This document shows, piece after piece, positions 63,501 to 64,000 of a stretch of DNA of 64,000 bases (the first letter of the stretch is position 1; each line of letters starts with the position of its first letter). Below the pieces are notes generated by a model. That model made no database searches. It was not told the origin of the DNA and was given only the letters and a program-made list of their open reading frames with translations. The stretch comes from Balanoglossus misakiensis (Eukaryota; Animalia; Hemichordata): assembly GCA_040954595.2 (NCBI GenBank), contig CM082577.2, positions 15,135,903-15,199,902 of the forward strand, given 5' to 3'. The position numbers and the translations under genes are program-made.

Positions 63501-63905
63501 TTTTGTAGTGAAACTGTGGAAATCGGCAGGCTGCATTGCCAGATGTTCTGCACATGCGCAGTTCCTCTGTCTTGAAAGAAAAGTCAAATTTCACCAACTT
63601 ATAAATATGTGCATTCGGAAAATAAACCCCAAATGTTTTCTTTGTGACCTAAAATACTGCCAGTGTGATTTTGTGTTCAAATCCAACCTATTATTATTTA
63701 AATTGACTTGTGATACCCTCTCTTAGCACAAAAAGCATAATTTCAGCCCCAAAATGGTTGCCATAGAAACATGTGATCACTAAACGGATATCATTTTGTT
63801 CTTTTTGAGCCAAGATACCCGTATGGTGAAATTTTTGTGGAAATCGGACCTATTATTATTAAAATTATTTTTTTATATAATTCTTTATTTAATTATTATT
63901 ATTAT
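57565..63905. repeat. Tandem array 2 of the same ~1.6-kb unit (4 copies, starting 57565, 59154, 60684, 62282)
   Basis: Same termini and body as array 1. Spurious ORFs recur in the track at ~1.6-kb and ~3.1-kb spacing. Confidence 0.95.
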
Positions 63906-64000
63906 GATGATGCAACGAGGCCTGTGATGAACTGACTCAACAGAGCGTCGTATAATACCGAAATCAGAGGCAATTTTGTTGGTTATAGAAATAGGCCCCA

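Noticed and set aside
50711-63726. Recurrent 60-130-aa ORFs in the 1.6-kb units
   Set aside because: Frames are broken by indels between copies and have no recognisable motifs.

Overview
AT-rich, intron-containing, repeat-dense animal DNA. Gene content and repeat types suggest a marine invertebrate, most likely a deuterostome such as a hemichordate, echinoderm or amphioxus; this is inference. Three protein-coding genes can be reconstructed from phase-consistent GT-AG splice sites. (1) A 10-coding-exon minus-strand PIDD1-like gene (about 17 LRRs-ZU5-ZU5-UPA-death domain, about 977 aa, 19064-23876). Both autoproteolytic HFS motifs are replaced, by SPS and YLG. (2) A plus-strand secreted multi-lectin gene (37671-46166, about 790 aa): signal peptide, ten nearly identical tandem exons each encoding an 8-Cys hevein/chitin-binding type-1-like module, a Pro/Thr stalk, and an F-type lectin domain whose fucose-binding His is replaced by Trp. 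(3) A small, probably N-myristoylated 111-aa protein of unknown function (15638-15973, minus strand). The rest is mobile or repetitive DNA: TTAA-flanked Kolobok- and piggyBac-type MITEs, fold-back elements, a non-autonomous Helentron-like element with 146-bp internal repeats, a 2.2-kb local duplication, twin long hairpins, and a decayed PIF/Harbinger transposase split by about 7 kb of inserted DNA. There are also seven head-to-tail copies of a ~1.6-kb non-coding unit whose junctions are a 16-bp inverted repeat around a spacer containing a variable (ATT)n tract. No rRNA, tRNA or CRISPR features are seen. Most short ORFs in the track are noise.
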